Source: Kiritimatiella glycovorans
GTDB taxonomy: Bacteria; Verrucomicrobiota; Kiritimatiellia; Kiritimatiellales; Kiritimatiellaceae
Length of the DNA: 32,000 nucleotides
Assembly: GCF_001017655.1 (NCBI RefSeq)
Contig: NZ_CP010904.1
Span: 2,850,001 to 2,882,000 of the forward strand
Reading direction: 5' to 3'
Shown: positions 1 through 7,985 of the stretch, in pieces
How positions within the stretch are numbered: position 1 is the first letter of the stretch
Layout: the number at the start of each line of letters is the position of its first letter
The notes under the pieces: generated by a model
What the model was told of the DNA's origin: nothing
Seen by the model: the letters and a program-made list of their open reading frames with translations, nothing else
Database searches by the model: none
Made by a program: the position numbers and the translations under genes

Positions 1-591
1 ATTGAACTGGAAAGTGCGGTCGGTGCCCGTGAGGTTCGTAATCGTGATTGGAGTAGCGTTCAGAGCGCTGCCGTTCTGGAAGAACTGCACGGTGGGACTC
101 GCTCCGGTTTCGTCGACCGTAATTTCCCAGGTGTTCACTCCGCTCACCGTCGAACTGAATTGGATGCCCGAACCGTCCGCAAAATAAAACGAATTCGACC
201 CATTTCTTCGGATGAGCAAGCCGGCATCTGCGATGTTGGCACCAACAGCCTCGTTCCCGAACCCAAATCCGATCCAGTCCCCGCTTGAACCAGAGGTATT
301 GCTGAGTTCAAACGAAATGGTGTAGATTTCGCCGACAAGCTCCGCTCCGAGATCAACGGCAAGCGTATCCGAAGTGTCGGGTGTAAACGAACCTGCTGCG
401 ACGATATTTACATTCGAACCGTTGAGGGCGAGGGAACCGGTCGCATCATAGCTGTAGGGGGCGTTGGCCAGACTGCTGGCGGCTTGCCGGGTGCTGATGT
501 CGTTGTTGAAGCCAACCGCTGCGCCGGCCGTGGCGTTGAAGGTGTCCTCAAAGACCAGCTGGCCCGATGCGGAGGAGGCGAGGAACGACGC
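1..591. repeat. Copy A of a ~600-nt duplicated coding module (3' part of the large gene)
   Basis: 1-591 aligns with 2857-3462 at roughly 85-90% identity by eye, with small in-frame indels (for example gttcgtaatcgtgattgg versus gttcgacaaaatcgtggttgg). The match starts at window position 1, so it probably continues beyond the edge. Confidence 0.9.
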
Positions 592-2598
592 ATCCGGATC
601 CGAATGCCAGGCCTTCAAGTCGGAGGCCCGGCACGCACCATCGATGCCGGTGAAGCCGATGCGACCGATCAATGGATTCGTGCCCGCCAGATTGAGCAAT
701 CCGATCTGATAGTCGTTAAGATAGAATTCGCCCATGTCCTCGCGCAGGATCAGCCGGAAATCGGCTTGTTGCCCGAGATCGACTTCTATATCCCGGACAT
801 GTTCCCGGCGAAAATGAGTTCCGTCCTTGTCGACACCGCCGAAGCGAACCGTACCATCGCGATCGACGACGATGGCGAAGTCCCGTTCGCCCTCGCGCCG
901 TAAGACAAGCGACGGCCTATCGGAAATCGATTTGCTCGGCCGCGCATAGACACCGACATCGCTAATGCCGAAGTACCCACGCCATGTAGGATTCCCGCCA
1001 GGAAGTCCAGGCCAACTTTCGTCCTCCGCGTTCTTCTTCGTAAATCGAACAAACCGCGCATCGCGCCCGAGATTTTCCCAGTAGGCCCCTATGGAGTAGT
1101 TGCGAGCGTCAAACACTTGCGGCGGATCCGGGACGACAGTCCATTCCTTACCGTCGACCGAGGTCTCCACAAAATCAGGAGGCACGGAGGCGTGAAGCGC
1201 AATGGAGCCGATTGACTGACTTTCCCCCAAATCCAACTGAAACGACACCGCTCCGCCCACCGGCGCATGCCCGACCCAGCCTGTGGCCGGATTGCCATCG
1301 ATCGCCTTGTCCGGACTGAAGCTGTCCGCTTGATTCCATTCGGCTTCCTCGGTTGCACTGGCCGTTGCCGTCGCATCCAGAGCCAGATTCCTTTCCCCGC
1401 GGGCACCGTCCAAACGGAGTTTGCCCTCGACCACGACGGCATTTCCATAGGGAAGCGTCTCTGGAACACCATACAGCCAGGACGCTTTTCCGTCATCGAA
1501 TGGCTCTACGGCGGAAAGCCGGATGGGTTGGCTCTTCAGCCGGTCGTTCCCTTCCCAGTATTTTAGCCAGATGCTTTCGCCATCGGACTCGATCCGCTTC
1601 AATGGTGGCATATGATACGATCTGCCATTATCCCGACCAACATGAAACATCTCGGCAAAGAAGGTGCCGCCGGGCAAGTCGTAAACGCGTGGATAAAAAT
1701 ATGAATAGGTCCCCCAGGTGTGATTGCGAGGGGTGGGCCGGTAAGGCCCCTCCGGTTTCTTGGAGCTAACGATGTGAACGCGAACGCCGAGCGGCGACGC
1801 GTGGGTGTTGTCGCAATACTCGATGAAGTAGCGATCTCCCATCTTGAAAAAGCCCCCCATCTCACCCGGAATGGTGTCCTTCTTAATCCGGGGCACCTCC
1901 ACCACCTCTACCGGGGGCAGCACCTCCCATTGAATTCCGTCCCGGGTTTTGCCGAAGCCAAACCCCCACACGTCTTTGGGAACGGCAATCCATGCGCCGT
2001 ACCAGTATCCGCCGTCGGGAGCCGGGCAAGGGTTGATCGTGTCAAAGCGGCGGTTGGTGTACCAGCGCGGATCCGGAAGGAAGGTCGACTCGGGCCCCAG
2101 CTTTTCCCAAGTGCGCGAATCCTCGGACACGGCAAAGCGCATGCGGAAGCCGGGGTATTTTGGTACATCGGTAAAAGAATATTGCATCACCCAGGGGCCG
2201 TCAGGCTGATACCGGGTCACAGCAGCGCAACCTGTCCAGTAGACATCCTCGTCGTTCGGGAAGTCGATGCCGTGGTCGCGCCAGTAAACGCCGTCTTTGG
2301 ATGTCGCCAAGCCTAGTCCCTGCTTCTTGACATTTGCATGTGCTTTGGGATTCCAGCCGATGTAATCGTACATCATATAATAAGTGCCGTCATCGAACCA
2401 GATGGCCGGCTCGCCGTGAACATGATGGGACAGGACAGTCGGACTAAAGAAGACGTCCTGCACATGGGTTTTTGGCTCCTGCGCGACGCAGAGAGACTCG
2501 CCGATCGGCAGTAGTCCTGCGACGACACACGCGAGCAGTTTCGTGCATGTCACAAACCGGTGCGATTGCCAGATTTTCGAGGGTTTTTTCGGACTCAT
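1..2598 (-). CDS. Exported multidomain glycoside-hydrolase-like protein: beta-propeller GH-like N-domain, F5/8 type C (discoidin) domain, ConA/LamG-like domain, and a C-terminal module paralogous to the adjacent PEP-CTERM protein. The 3' end lies outside the window.
   Basis: Absent from the supplied ORF track because there is no stop inside the window. Manual translation from the ATG at 2598-2596 (in-frame TGA upstream at 2646-2644) stays open for 866 codons to position 1, and no track ORF uses this minus frame. The N-terminus MSPKKPSKIWQSHRFVTCTKLLACVVAGLL looks like a signal peptide. LATSKDGVYWRDHG and GFGKTRDGIQWEV resemble 5-bladed propeller GH clans (GH43/32/130-like). DKAIDGNPATGWVG is an F5/8 type C signature. 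The last ~195 codons closely match gene 2728-3501. Confidence 0.75.
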   Translation of the reverse strand, partial: MSPKKPSKIWQSHRFVTCTKLLACVVAGLLPIGESLCVAQEPKTHVQDVFFSPTVLSHHVHGEPAIWFDDGTYYMMYDYIGWNPKAHANVKKQGLGLATSKDGVYWRDHGIDFPNDEDVYWTGCAAVTRYQPDGPWVMQYSFTDVPKYPGFRMRFAVSEDSRTWEKLGPESTFLPDPRWYTNRRFDTINPCPAPDGGYWYGAWIAVPKDVWGFGFGKTRDGIQWEVLPPVEVVEVPRIKKDTIPGEMGGFFKMGDRYFIEYCDNTHASPLGVRVHIVSSKKPEGPYRPTPRNHTWGTYSYFYPRVYDLPGGTFFAEMFHVGRDNGRSYHMPPLKRIESDGESIWLKYWEGNDRLKSQPIRLSAVEPFDDGKASWLYGVPETLPYGNAVVVEGKLRLDGARGERNLALDATATASATEEAEWNQADSFSPDKAIDGNPATGWVGHAPVGGAVSFQLDLGESQSIGSIALHASVPPDFVETSVDGKEWTVVPDPPQVFDARNYSIGAYWENLGRDARFVRFTKKNAEDESWPGLPGGNPTWRGYFGISDVGVYARPSKSISDRPSLVLRREGERDFAIVVDRDGTVRFGGVDKDGTHFRREHVRDIEVDLGQQADFRLILREDMGEFYLNDYQIGLLNLAGTNPLIGRIGFTGIDGACRASDLKAWHSDPDASFLASSASGQLVFEDTFNATAGAAVGFNNDISTRQAASSLANAPYSYDATGSLALNGSNVNIVAAGSFTPDTSDTLAVDLGAELVGEIYTISFELSNTSGSSGDWIGFGFGNEAVGANIADAGLLIRRNGSNSFYFADGSGIQFSSTVSGVNTWEITVDETGASPTVQFFQNGSALNATPITITNLTGTDRTFQFN

Positions 2599-2655
2599 TT
2601 GCAGGGTGTGTTCGGACTTACGATTCGTTTGTGCGCTATATCGTCATTCGATGGA

Positions 2656-2702
2656 CGAACGCTTCGCGTTCGCCCATCGCGCCCCGAGCTGGGCTTCGCC
2701 CA
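2656..2702 (-). terminator. Two GAA-triloop GC hairpins downstream of the PEP-CTERM gene; possible terminator or RNA-stabilising structures, no U-tract
   Basis: On the minus strand, cgaacgcGAAgcgttcg (2672-2656) and tgggcGAAgccca (2702-2690). Both contain the GCGAAGC mini-hairpin core, and both lie between the stop of 2728-3501 and the start of the 1-2598 gene. Confidence 0.25.
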
Positions 2703-2727
2703 AGCGGGCCGACTCCGGGCGCGTTAC

Positions 2728-3501
2728 TTACGCCCGCGCGCGACGGCGAAAGACGCAAAGGAGCGCAGCCGCACCCACAAAAAGCCCCACCGTCGCCGGC
2801 TCCGGGATGACTTCGATTCGGAGATTGTCGAAGGTGCCAGTGGTATTGCTAAGCGAATTGAACTGGAAAGTGCGGTCGGTGCCCGTGAGGTTCGACAAAA
2901 TCGTGGTTGGAGTAGCGTTCAGAGCGCTGCCGTTCTGGAAGAACTGCACGGTGGGATTCGCTCCGGTTTCGTCGACCGTAATTTCCCATGTGTTCACTCC
3001 GCTCACCGTCGAACTGAAATTGGTGCCCGAACCGTCCGCAAAATAAAACGATTTCGCCCCATTTCTTCGGATGAGCAAGCCGGCGCCGACATTTGCGTTG
3101 GCGGCACCAACAGCCACGTCCCCGAACCCAAATCCGATCCAGTCCCCGCTTGGACCAGAGGTATTGCTGAGTTCAAACGAAATGGTGTAGATTTCGCCGA
3201 CAAGCTCCGCCCCGAGATCACCGGCAAGCGTTTCCGAAGTGTCGGGTGTAAACGAACCTGCTCCGTCGATCACAACATTCGAACCGTCGAGCGAGATTGC
3301 CGCGCCGCCCGCCGCGGTATAGGCGTAGGGAGCGTTCGTGAGGGTCGTATTGGCCTGGCGCGCGGCTATATCGTTATTGAATCCGGCTGAGTTTACAGCC
3401 GTGGCGTCGAAGGTGTCCTCAAAGACCAGATTGCCCGATGCGGAGGAGGCGAGGAGCGACGCCAGAGCGAGAGAGAGAGAGAGCTTGGATGTCTTTTTCA
3501 T
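2728..3501 (-). CDS. PEP-CTERM sorting-domain secreted protein, a stand-alone copy of the module fused to the upstream-neighbour gene
   Basis: 257-aa ORF. The N-terminal signal peptide is MKKTSKLSLSLALASLLASSASG. The C-terminus VIPEPATVGLFVGAAALLCVFRRRARA has the PEP motif, a TM helix and a basic tail, which is the PEP-CTERM/exosortase signal. Confidence 0.85.
   Translation of the reverse strand: MKKTSKLSLSLALASLLASSASGNLVFEDTFDATAVNSAGFNNDIAARQANTTLTNAPYAYTAAGGAAISLDGSNVVIDGAGSFTPDTSETLAGDLGAELVGEIYTISFELSNTSGPSGDWIGFGFGDVAVGAANANVGAGLLIRRNGAKSFYFADGSGTNFSSTVSGVNTWEITVDETGANPTVQFFQNGSALNATPTTILSNLTGTDRTFQFNSLSNTTGTFDNLRIEVIPEPATVGLFVGAAALLCVFRRRARA
2857..3462. repeat. Copy B of the duplicated coding module
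   Basis: Aligns with 1-591. The homology extends into the signal-peptide coding part (ggaggaggcgaggagcgacgc versus ggaggaggcgaggaacgacgc). Confidence 0.9.
3469..3482. repeat. (GA)7/(CT)7 dinucleotide microsatellite inside the signal-peptide codons of the PEP-CTERM gene
   Basis: The plus strand reads gagagagagagaga. On the coding strand this is ctctctctctctctc, encoding LSLSL in KLSLSLALA, 6 codons after the start. Confidence 0.9.
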
Positions 3502-3806
3502 GATTTTGTCCAGGGTTGTAGATTAGATTGACGATTGAAACTACCGTAATCATGGACCAGAACCATTCGAAGTCAACCAGAAAAATGAAAAAATTTTTGG
3601 GACACTCCCCGCTCCCCTGCGGCTCGACCGCGCCCGCACCTGCGCCCTACTTTTCGCGCCTCGATCGGTCTCCGATTCCTCCGATTCCATCCGTCGCATT
3701 CGATCCAGTTTTTCCAATAGCTCCGGGCGCTATCGCAGCACTGCCATCGTTCCTTCGGTGTTTGGGCTCTCTGCCATTCCAAGCTTAAAGCAGGGCAACG
3801 ATTGGA

Positions 3807-5729
3807 TCAAATGTTCCGGTCCGAGAACCAGGAACGGAGGACGTTCCCGTCGCCGTCGATCAGCTCGATGTTGCGGAGGGCGCTTGCGCCCATCGCACCC
3901 GGAGGATCGATCCGCAGCGATCCGATCGGACCGGCGTCCAGCGGCACCTCGAAGGTCTCCCACTTCCCGGCAGCATCCAAACGGACGGCCTCGAAGCTGC
4001 CCGCCCGGAACACTTCCTGCGGCCCGGCGGAGAAGACGAGAACGCCACCGAGGTTTTCCGAGCGGATCGAGAACCGAAGGGTGAGTCCCTCGCCTGAGAT
4101 CGGTTCGAAGCGGGTCATCACCCAGGGATCCCCGCCCAGCGATTCGAGCGCGAGCGCACCGCCATCGTCCAGCGACAGTTTGACCGGTCGCGGCGTGCGC
4201 CAGCCCTCGATCTCGACCGGGGCCACAGCGGGGTTTGCATTCGTCGGTTGCCCGGCATAGGCCGCCGCGAAGAGGGTCTCGGCCTCGGCGCGATCGGCGG
4301 CGGTCATGGTGAAGGAGGCCAGCCTCGGCACGTCCTGCTTTTGGACCCCGAATTCTTCCGGACGGTAGGCGGCCGGATTGAAGCGCGGATTGGGCGGGGG
4401 CACGACCGCTCCGGTTTCGCGCAGGTGGGCGGTGATCAGGGCATCCAGTTCCGCCACTTTTTCGGGATGCTCTGCGGCCAGGTTTTCGGTCTCCCCGATG
4501 TCTTCGGCGAGGTTGTAGAGCAGGTAGCGGTGGGCGCCGGCCTCCCCGTCGTGGAAGACGCGGATCAATTTCCAATCGCCGTGATGCACCGCCACCGAGG
4601 GCGGCATCCACTCGGGCACCCCCGGATCGTGGGGGAAATAGGTGATCATGCCGCCGGGCCGCTCCAGCTCGCCGCCTTCCAGCGCGGGCCGGATGTCGAT
4701 GCCGTCTACGGGATGGCCCTCCGGCAAATCCACCCCGAGGGCGTTGAGGAAGCTCGGATAGAGGTCGGTGCTTTGGATTCGCGCGTCGGTCCGACTGCCC
4801 GGCTCGACCACCCCGGGCCAGACCACGATGGCCGGCACCCGGATGCCGCCTTCGAAGATGGTGGCCTTGCCCCCGCGCAGCGGCCGGTTGTCGGTCGGGC
4901 GGGCGAGGAAGCCTTCGCCGTTCTCATCCCGCTCGAAGATCATGTTGTATTCGTTGCCGCCGTTATCGGAGAAAAACACGATGATCGTATGCTCCGCCTC
5001 GCCCGTTTCGTCGAGGGTATCCAGAAGGGTTCCGACGGCATCGTCGAGGGTCTCGACCATCGCCGCGTAGGTGGGCGAATCCTGGCCGCTGTCGATATCT
5101 TCGTCCGGATCGACGCGCCCGGCATACTTTTCCTTCAGCTCAGGCTTGGCGTCGAACGGGGCATGCACCGAGAACTGCCAGAACTGCAGGTAGAACGGCC
5201 GCTCGGCCGCGCTCTGTTCGCGAAGCCAAGCCGCCGCCTCGGAGGCCATCCGGTCTTCGATGTGCTCGCCGGGGCTGCCGCTGTCGTAATGCGCGTATCG
5301 CCACGGGGCGAGAAAGCTGCCGCCCGGACCGGGGCCGGGGTGCCGCGGGATATCGATCTCGAAGCCGTGGTCCATCGGCGCGAACGGGGGGTGCCCCAGA
5401 TGCCACTTGCCGAAATGGCCGGTCGCCCAGCCGCTGTCGCGCAGCAGCTTGCCAAGGGTGGGCAGGCGGGTGTCGAGCGGGCCCGCCGATTGGATGCCAA
5501 GAGCCTTTTTGCCCGGCGGGGCGCTCGCCTGAACTGCGGGACGCAGCGCGGGCACCTCCTGCTTGGTGTGCGCGGTCGGCGCGGTGATGCCATGCCTTGC
5601 CGGGGTCTGCCCGGTGAGAATGCTGGCCCGCGTCGGCGAGCACAACGGGCTGGCCGCGTAGGCGTCGGTGAAGACCATCCCGCGATCGGCGAGGCGCTCG
5701 ATATTCGGAGTCTCGTAAAGCTCGGTCGT
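3807..5729 (-). pseudogene. Formylglycine-dependent sulfatase (arylsulfatase A family) with an extra C-terminal beta-rich domain; 5'-truncated
   Basis: ORF 3807-5678 begins MVFTDAYAASPLCSPTRASILTGQ, which contains the C-x-P-x-R sulfatase signature. The frame stays open upstream only to the TGA at 5762-5760, giving ...TTELYETPNIERLADRG. The signal peptide and the N-terminal metal-binding DD block expected ~50-80 aa before the CxPxR motif are missing. Homology stops at 5729/5730, where repeat unit U1 starts. Confidence 0.7.
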
Positions 5730-6076
5730 TCTTCTGCGGGTCTGACCCCCGCTACATCTTCATTGTGAAGGACTTACATCCCACCTCAATCGGTTTCCTG
5801 CGCTTAGCAATCTTCTGCGGGTCTGACCCCCGCTACATCTTCATTGTGAAGGACTTACATCCCACCTCAATCGGTTTCCTGCGCTTAGGGCCTCAATTCC
5901 ATCGTCGGAAAATCTTCTGCGGGTCTGACCCCCGCTACATCTTCATTGTGAAGGACTTACATCCCACCTCAATCGGTTTCCTGCGCTTAGGGCCTCAATC
6001 TTCTGCGGGTCTGACCCCCGCTACATCTTCATTGTGAAGGACTTACATCCCACCTCAATCGGTTTCCTGCGCTTAG
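5730..6076. repeat. Four identical 78-nt tandem units carrying the last 16 codons, the stop and the 3' hairpin of the RAYT-like gene
   Basis: Units lie at 5730-5807, 5811-5888, 5913-5990 and 5999-6076. All read tcttctgcgggtctgacccccgctacatcttcattgtgaaggacttacatcccacctcaatcggtttcctgcgcttag. The linkers are caa (3 nt), ggcctcaattccatcgtcggaaaa (24 nt) and ggcctcaa (8 nt). The 8-nt and 24-nt linkers are pieces of the RAYT C-terminal coding sequence. Confidence 0.95.
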
Positions 6077-6832
6077 GGCCTCAATTCCATCGTCGGAAAA
6101 GATGTCGTAAGCTCCTCGCGCCTCACGAAGCGTCGCACATTCCTCGGCCTCTTCTATACGACAGGCGTCCACATCGATCCCGAACTCCCGTTTTACCCGC
6201 GCAATGTACGCAGGGCTTCCGAGCGCCAGTTTTTCGCTCCAATAATACTCACGGCTCAGCAACGAACCTCGTTCGCGGATTGCCGCATCCACACGCTCCC
6301 TTCGCCAGGCGCTCAGTTCCTCTTGATTAGATAACCCCGCCAGTTGCACCAGCAGGCTTCGGTCAATTCGCCCGTATCTCTTCGGTCTGCGCTCAAGCTC
6401 ATGGTACCCGCCAAAGGACCATTCCGAGGGATGCCTGACCACTCCGGCCCGAACCATATTCAGGTCGATATAGGTCATACAGCGCCTCAAGTGGGTGCCA
6501 TTTTCCACGGCCGTCGCGTGATAGCGGTCTTCCCAGAATGCTCCCTGGCGATGCTTACGCGCGTTATATTCCTGCGCCACACGGCCCGCCATAAGCTGCA
6601 TCGCGCGGGGAATGGCCATCCGGTTGCCGGAACCGTGTACCAGAAGATGGATGTGATTTGACGTCACCACGTAATTGAGCACCTGAAGCCCATATCGTTT
6701 TTTCGCCTCAAACAACCAGTGCATCCAACGCCGTCGGTCTCTCGCGAAACGAAACAGAAATTCGCGCTTGTGACACCGGTGCGTCAGGTGCCAGGTGTGA
6801 CCGGGAAGGTAGAAGCGGTGGGGGCGGACCAT
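6029..6832 (-). CDS. IS200/IS605-superfamily Y1 (HUH) transposase, REP-associated tyrosine transposase (RAYT)-like
   Basis: The ORF track gives 6029-6868 from a TTG; the first ATG is at 6832 (MVRPHRFYLPGHTWHLTHRCHKREFLF). VLNYVVTSNHIHLLV contains the HUH motif (H-I-H). MTYIDLNMVRAGVV matches the catalytic-Tyr Y-x-x-x-N-P-V-R-A-G block of COG1943 proteins. Inverted GC hairpins flank the gene. Confidence 0.8.
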   Translation of the reverse strand: MVRPHRFYLPGHTWHLTHRCHKREFLFRFARDRRRWMHWLFEAKKRYGLQVLNYVVTSNHIHLLVHGSGNRMAIPRAMQLMAGRVAQEYNARKHRQGAFWEDRYHATAVENGTHLRRCMTYIDLNMVRAGVVRHPSEWSFGGYHELERRPKRYGRIDRSLLVQLAGLSNQEELSAWRRERVDAAIRERGSLLSREYYWSEKLALGSPAYIARVKREFGIDVDACRIEEAEECATLREARGAYDIFSDDGIEALSAGNRLRWDVSPSQ

Positions 6833-6880
6833 GGCGTAACCTTGCCACCTGCCCCCCCTTGTCGTCAACGCGCCCGCGCT

Positions 6881-7106
6881 TAGAACTTCGTTTTTAGGGC
6901 CGTAATTGATCCCCTAAGACCAAACAAGCGATTTCAACACACGATTACTCATTCTATTTGAACCGCTTACGGGGGTCAGACCCCGTTTCACTATAGAACT
7001 TCGTTTTTAGGGCCGTAATTGATCCCCTAAGACCAAACAAGCGATTTCAACACACGATTACTCATTCTATTTGAACCGCTTACGGGGGTCAGACCCCGTT
7101 TCACTA
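6881..7106. repeat. Two identical 113-nt tandem units on the 5' side of the RAYT-like gene, each ending in the inverted hairpin
   Basis: 6881-6993 and 6994-7106 are identical (tagaacttcgtttttagggccgtaattgatcccc...ccgcttacgggggtcagaccccgtttcacta). The reverse complement of acgggggtcagaccccgt shares GGGTCTGACCCCCG with the hairpin in the left-hand units. Confidence 0.95.
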
Positions 7107-7889
7107 TTGCTCGATCCGACGCTTCAGGGCGCCGTTCAGCGACTCCACATCCCCGTTCTCATGGGGACTGTCCACTTGGATCAGACGGGGAACCATCTCG
7201 AAGTGATCCATCAGCTCCAGGTAGGCGCGGTTGTACGCCCGCGGTTCTCCGCTGGCCTCCGCCGGCCGGTGGGTCGCTGCGCTCGAATGATCCATCCAGT
7301 GCTCCGCCGGCACACGGCCCAGCCGCGTCAGCGCGTTCTGAATCCCCGTACGCAGCGCCACCAGGCTTTCGCTATGGCAGATGCTGGCCCATTCCCAGTT
7401 CGAGTAGGTCAGCACGTTGTGACACAACTGGTGGTCGAACGGTTCCCCGGCGATCGTGATCCCCAGCCGGTCCATGTGCGTGAAGTCTGTGGACATCCGC
7501 ACGCCCGGCCGGTGCTCCTGCGCGAAGTACACCTCCTGCTCGGGCCCCGAAAGCGCTCGCCATTCACGTACCCGCCGCTGAAACGTCCGCAGTTGACCCT
7601 CCTGATACTTACCCGCCCGCTCCCGGCACAGCCACTCGAACACCGTCTTGGCCTCCAGCTCCGGGCAGCCCTCGAACATCAGTCGGCACTCTTCCCAGTC
7701 CTCCGCGAACGGGTCCTCCCGGGTACGCCACCTGCGCTCAACCGGCATCTCTGAGGGCAGTTTCCCGCACCTCAGGTACTTCTGCGCCGTCTTACGGTCC
7801 AGATCGGCCCGCAACGCAGCCTTGGACACGTTCCCTGTCCTTTCGTATTCTTCCATCAGCTTCCTCACTTTCCGGTCCGGGGTGACCAT
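7104..7889 (-). pseudogene. DDE (rve-type) transposase, IS21-family-like IstA; apparently 3'-truncated at the repeat array
   Basis: 261-aa ORF with an N-terminal HTH-like region. Candidate catalytic residues lie in STDFTHM, HWMDHSSAAT and ENGDVESLN. The layout parallels IS21 IstA (DFGE ... L.YS ... GGVP..yDN). The ORF stops 8 codons after the putative catalytic E, exactly at the edge of the 113-nt repeat. No C-terminal domain or istB partner follows. The family assignment is from memory of motif patterns, not from a search. Confidence 0.5.
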
Positions 7890-7937
7890 CGGCCCTCCTT
7901 TCTTTCCAAAAAGAGAGCCTCCAGCACCCCCGGTTAG

Positions 7938-7979
7938 TGGGGAAGTCTAATTGTCGTCACTGGGGAAGTGTAATTGTCG
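7938..7979. repeat. Two direct 19-nt repeats forming the probable terminus of the IS21-like element
   Basis: tggggaagtCtaattgtcg (7938-7956) and tggggaagtGtaattgtcg (7961-7979), with a 23-nt period, lie just upstream of the transposase RBS (aaggaggg) and start. Multiple subterminal repeats are a known feature of IS21-family ends. Confidence 0.4.
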
Positions 7980-7985
7980 CTGCGC

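Noticed and set aside
3730-4611. 293-aa Arg/Pro/Gly-rich ORF, and other same-strand out-of-frame ORFs inside the sulfatase gene (5135-5593, 5140-5643)
   Set aside because: These are alternative frames of a gene whose main frame carries the sulfatase signature. The extreme Arg/Pro/Gly composition is typical of off-frame translation of GC-rich coding DNA.
5730-6090. Regularly spaced identical repeats that could be mistaken for a CRISPR array
   Set aside because: The units are 78 nt, too long for CRISPR repeats. The spacers are only 3, 24 and 8 nt, and the 8-nt and 24-nt ones are pieces of the same sequence (the RAYT coding tail). The last unit is continuous with the transposase gene, and no cas genes are present.
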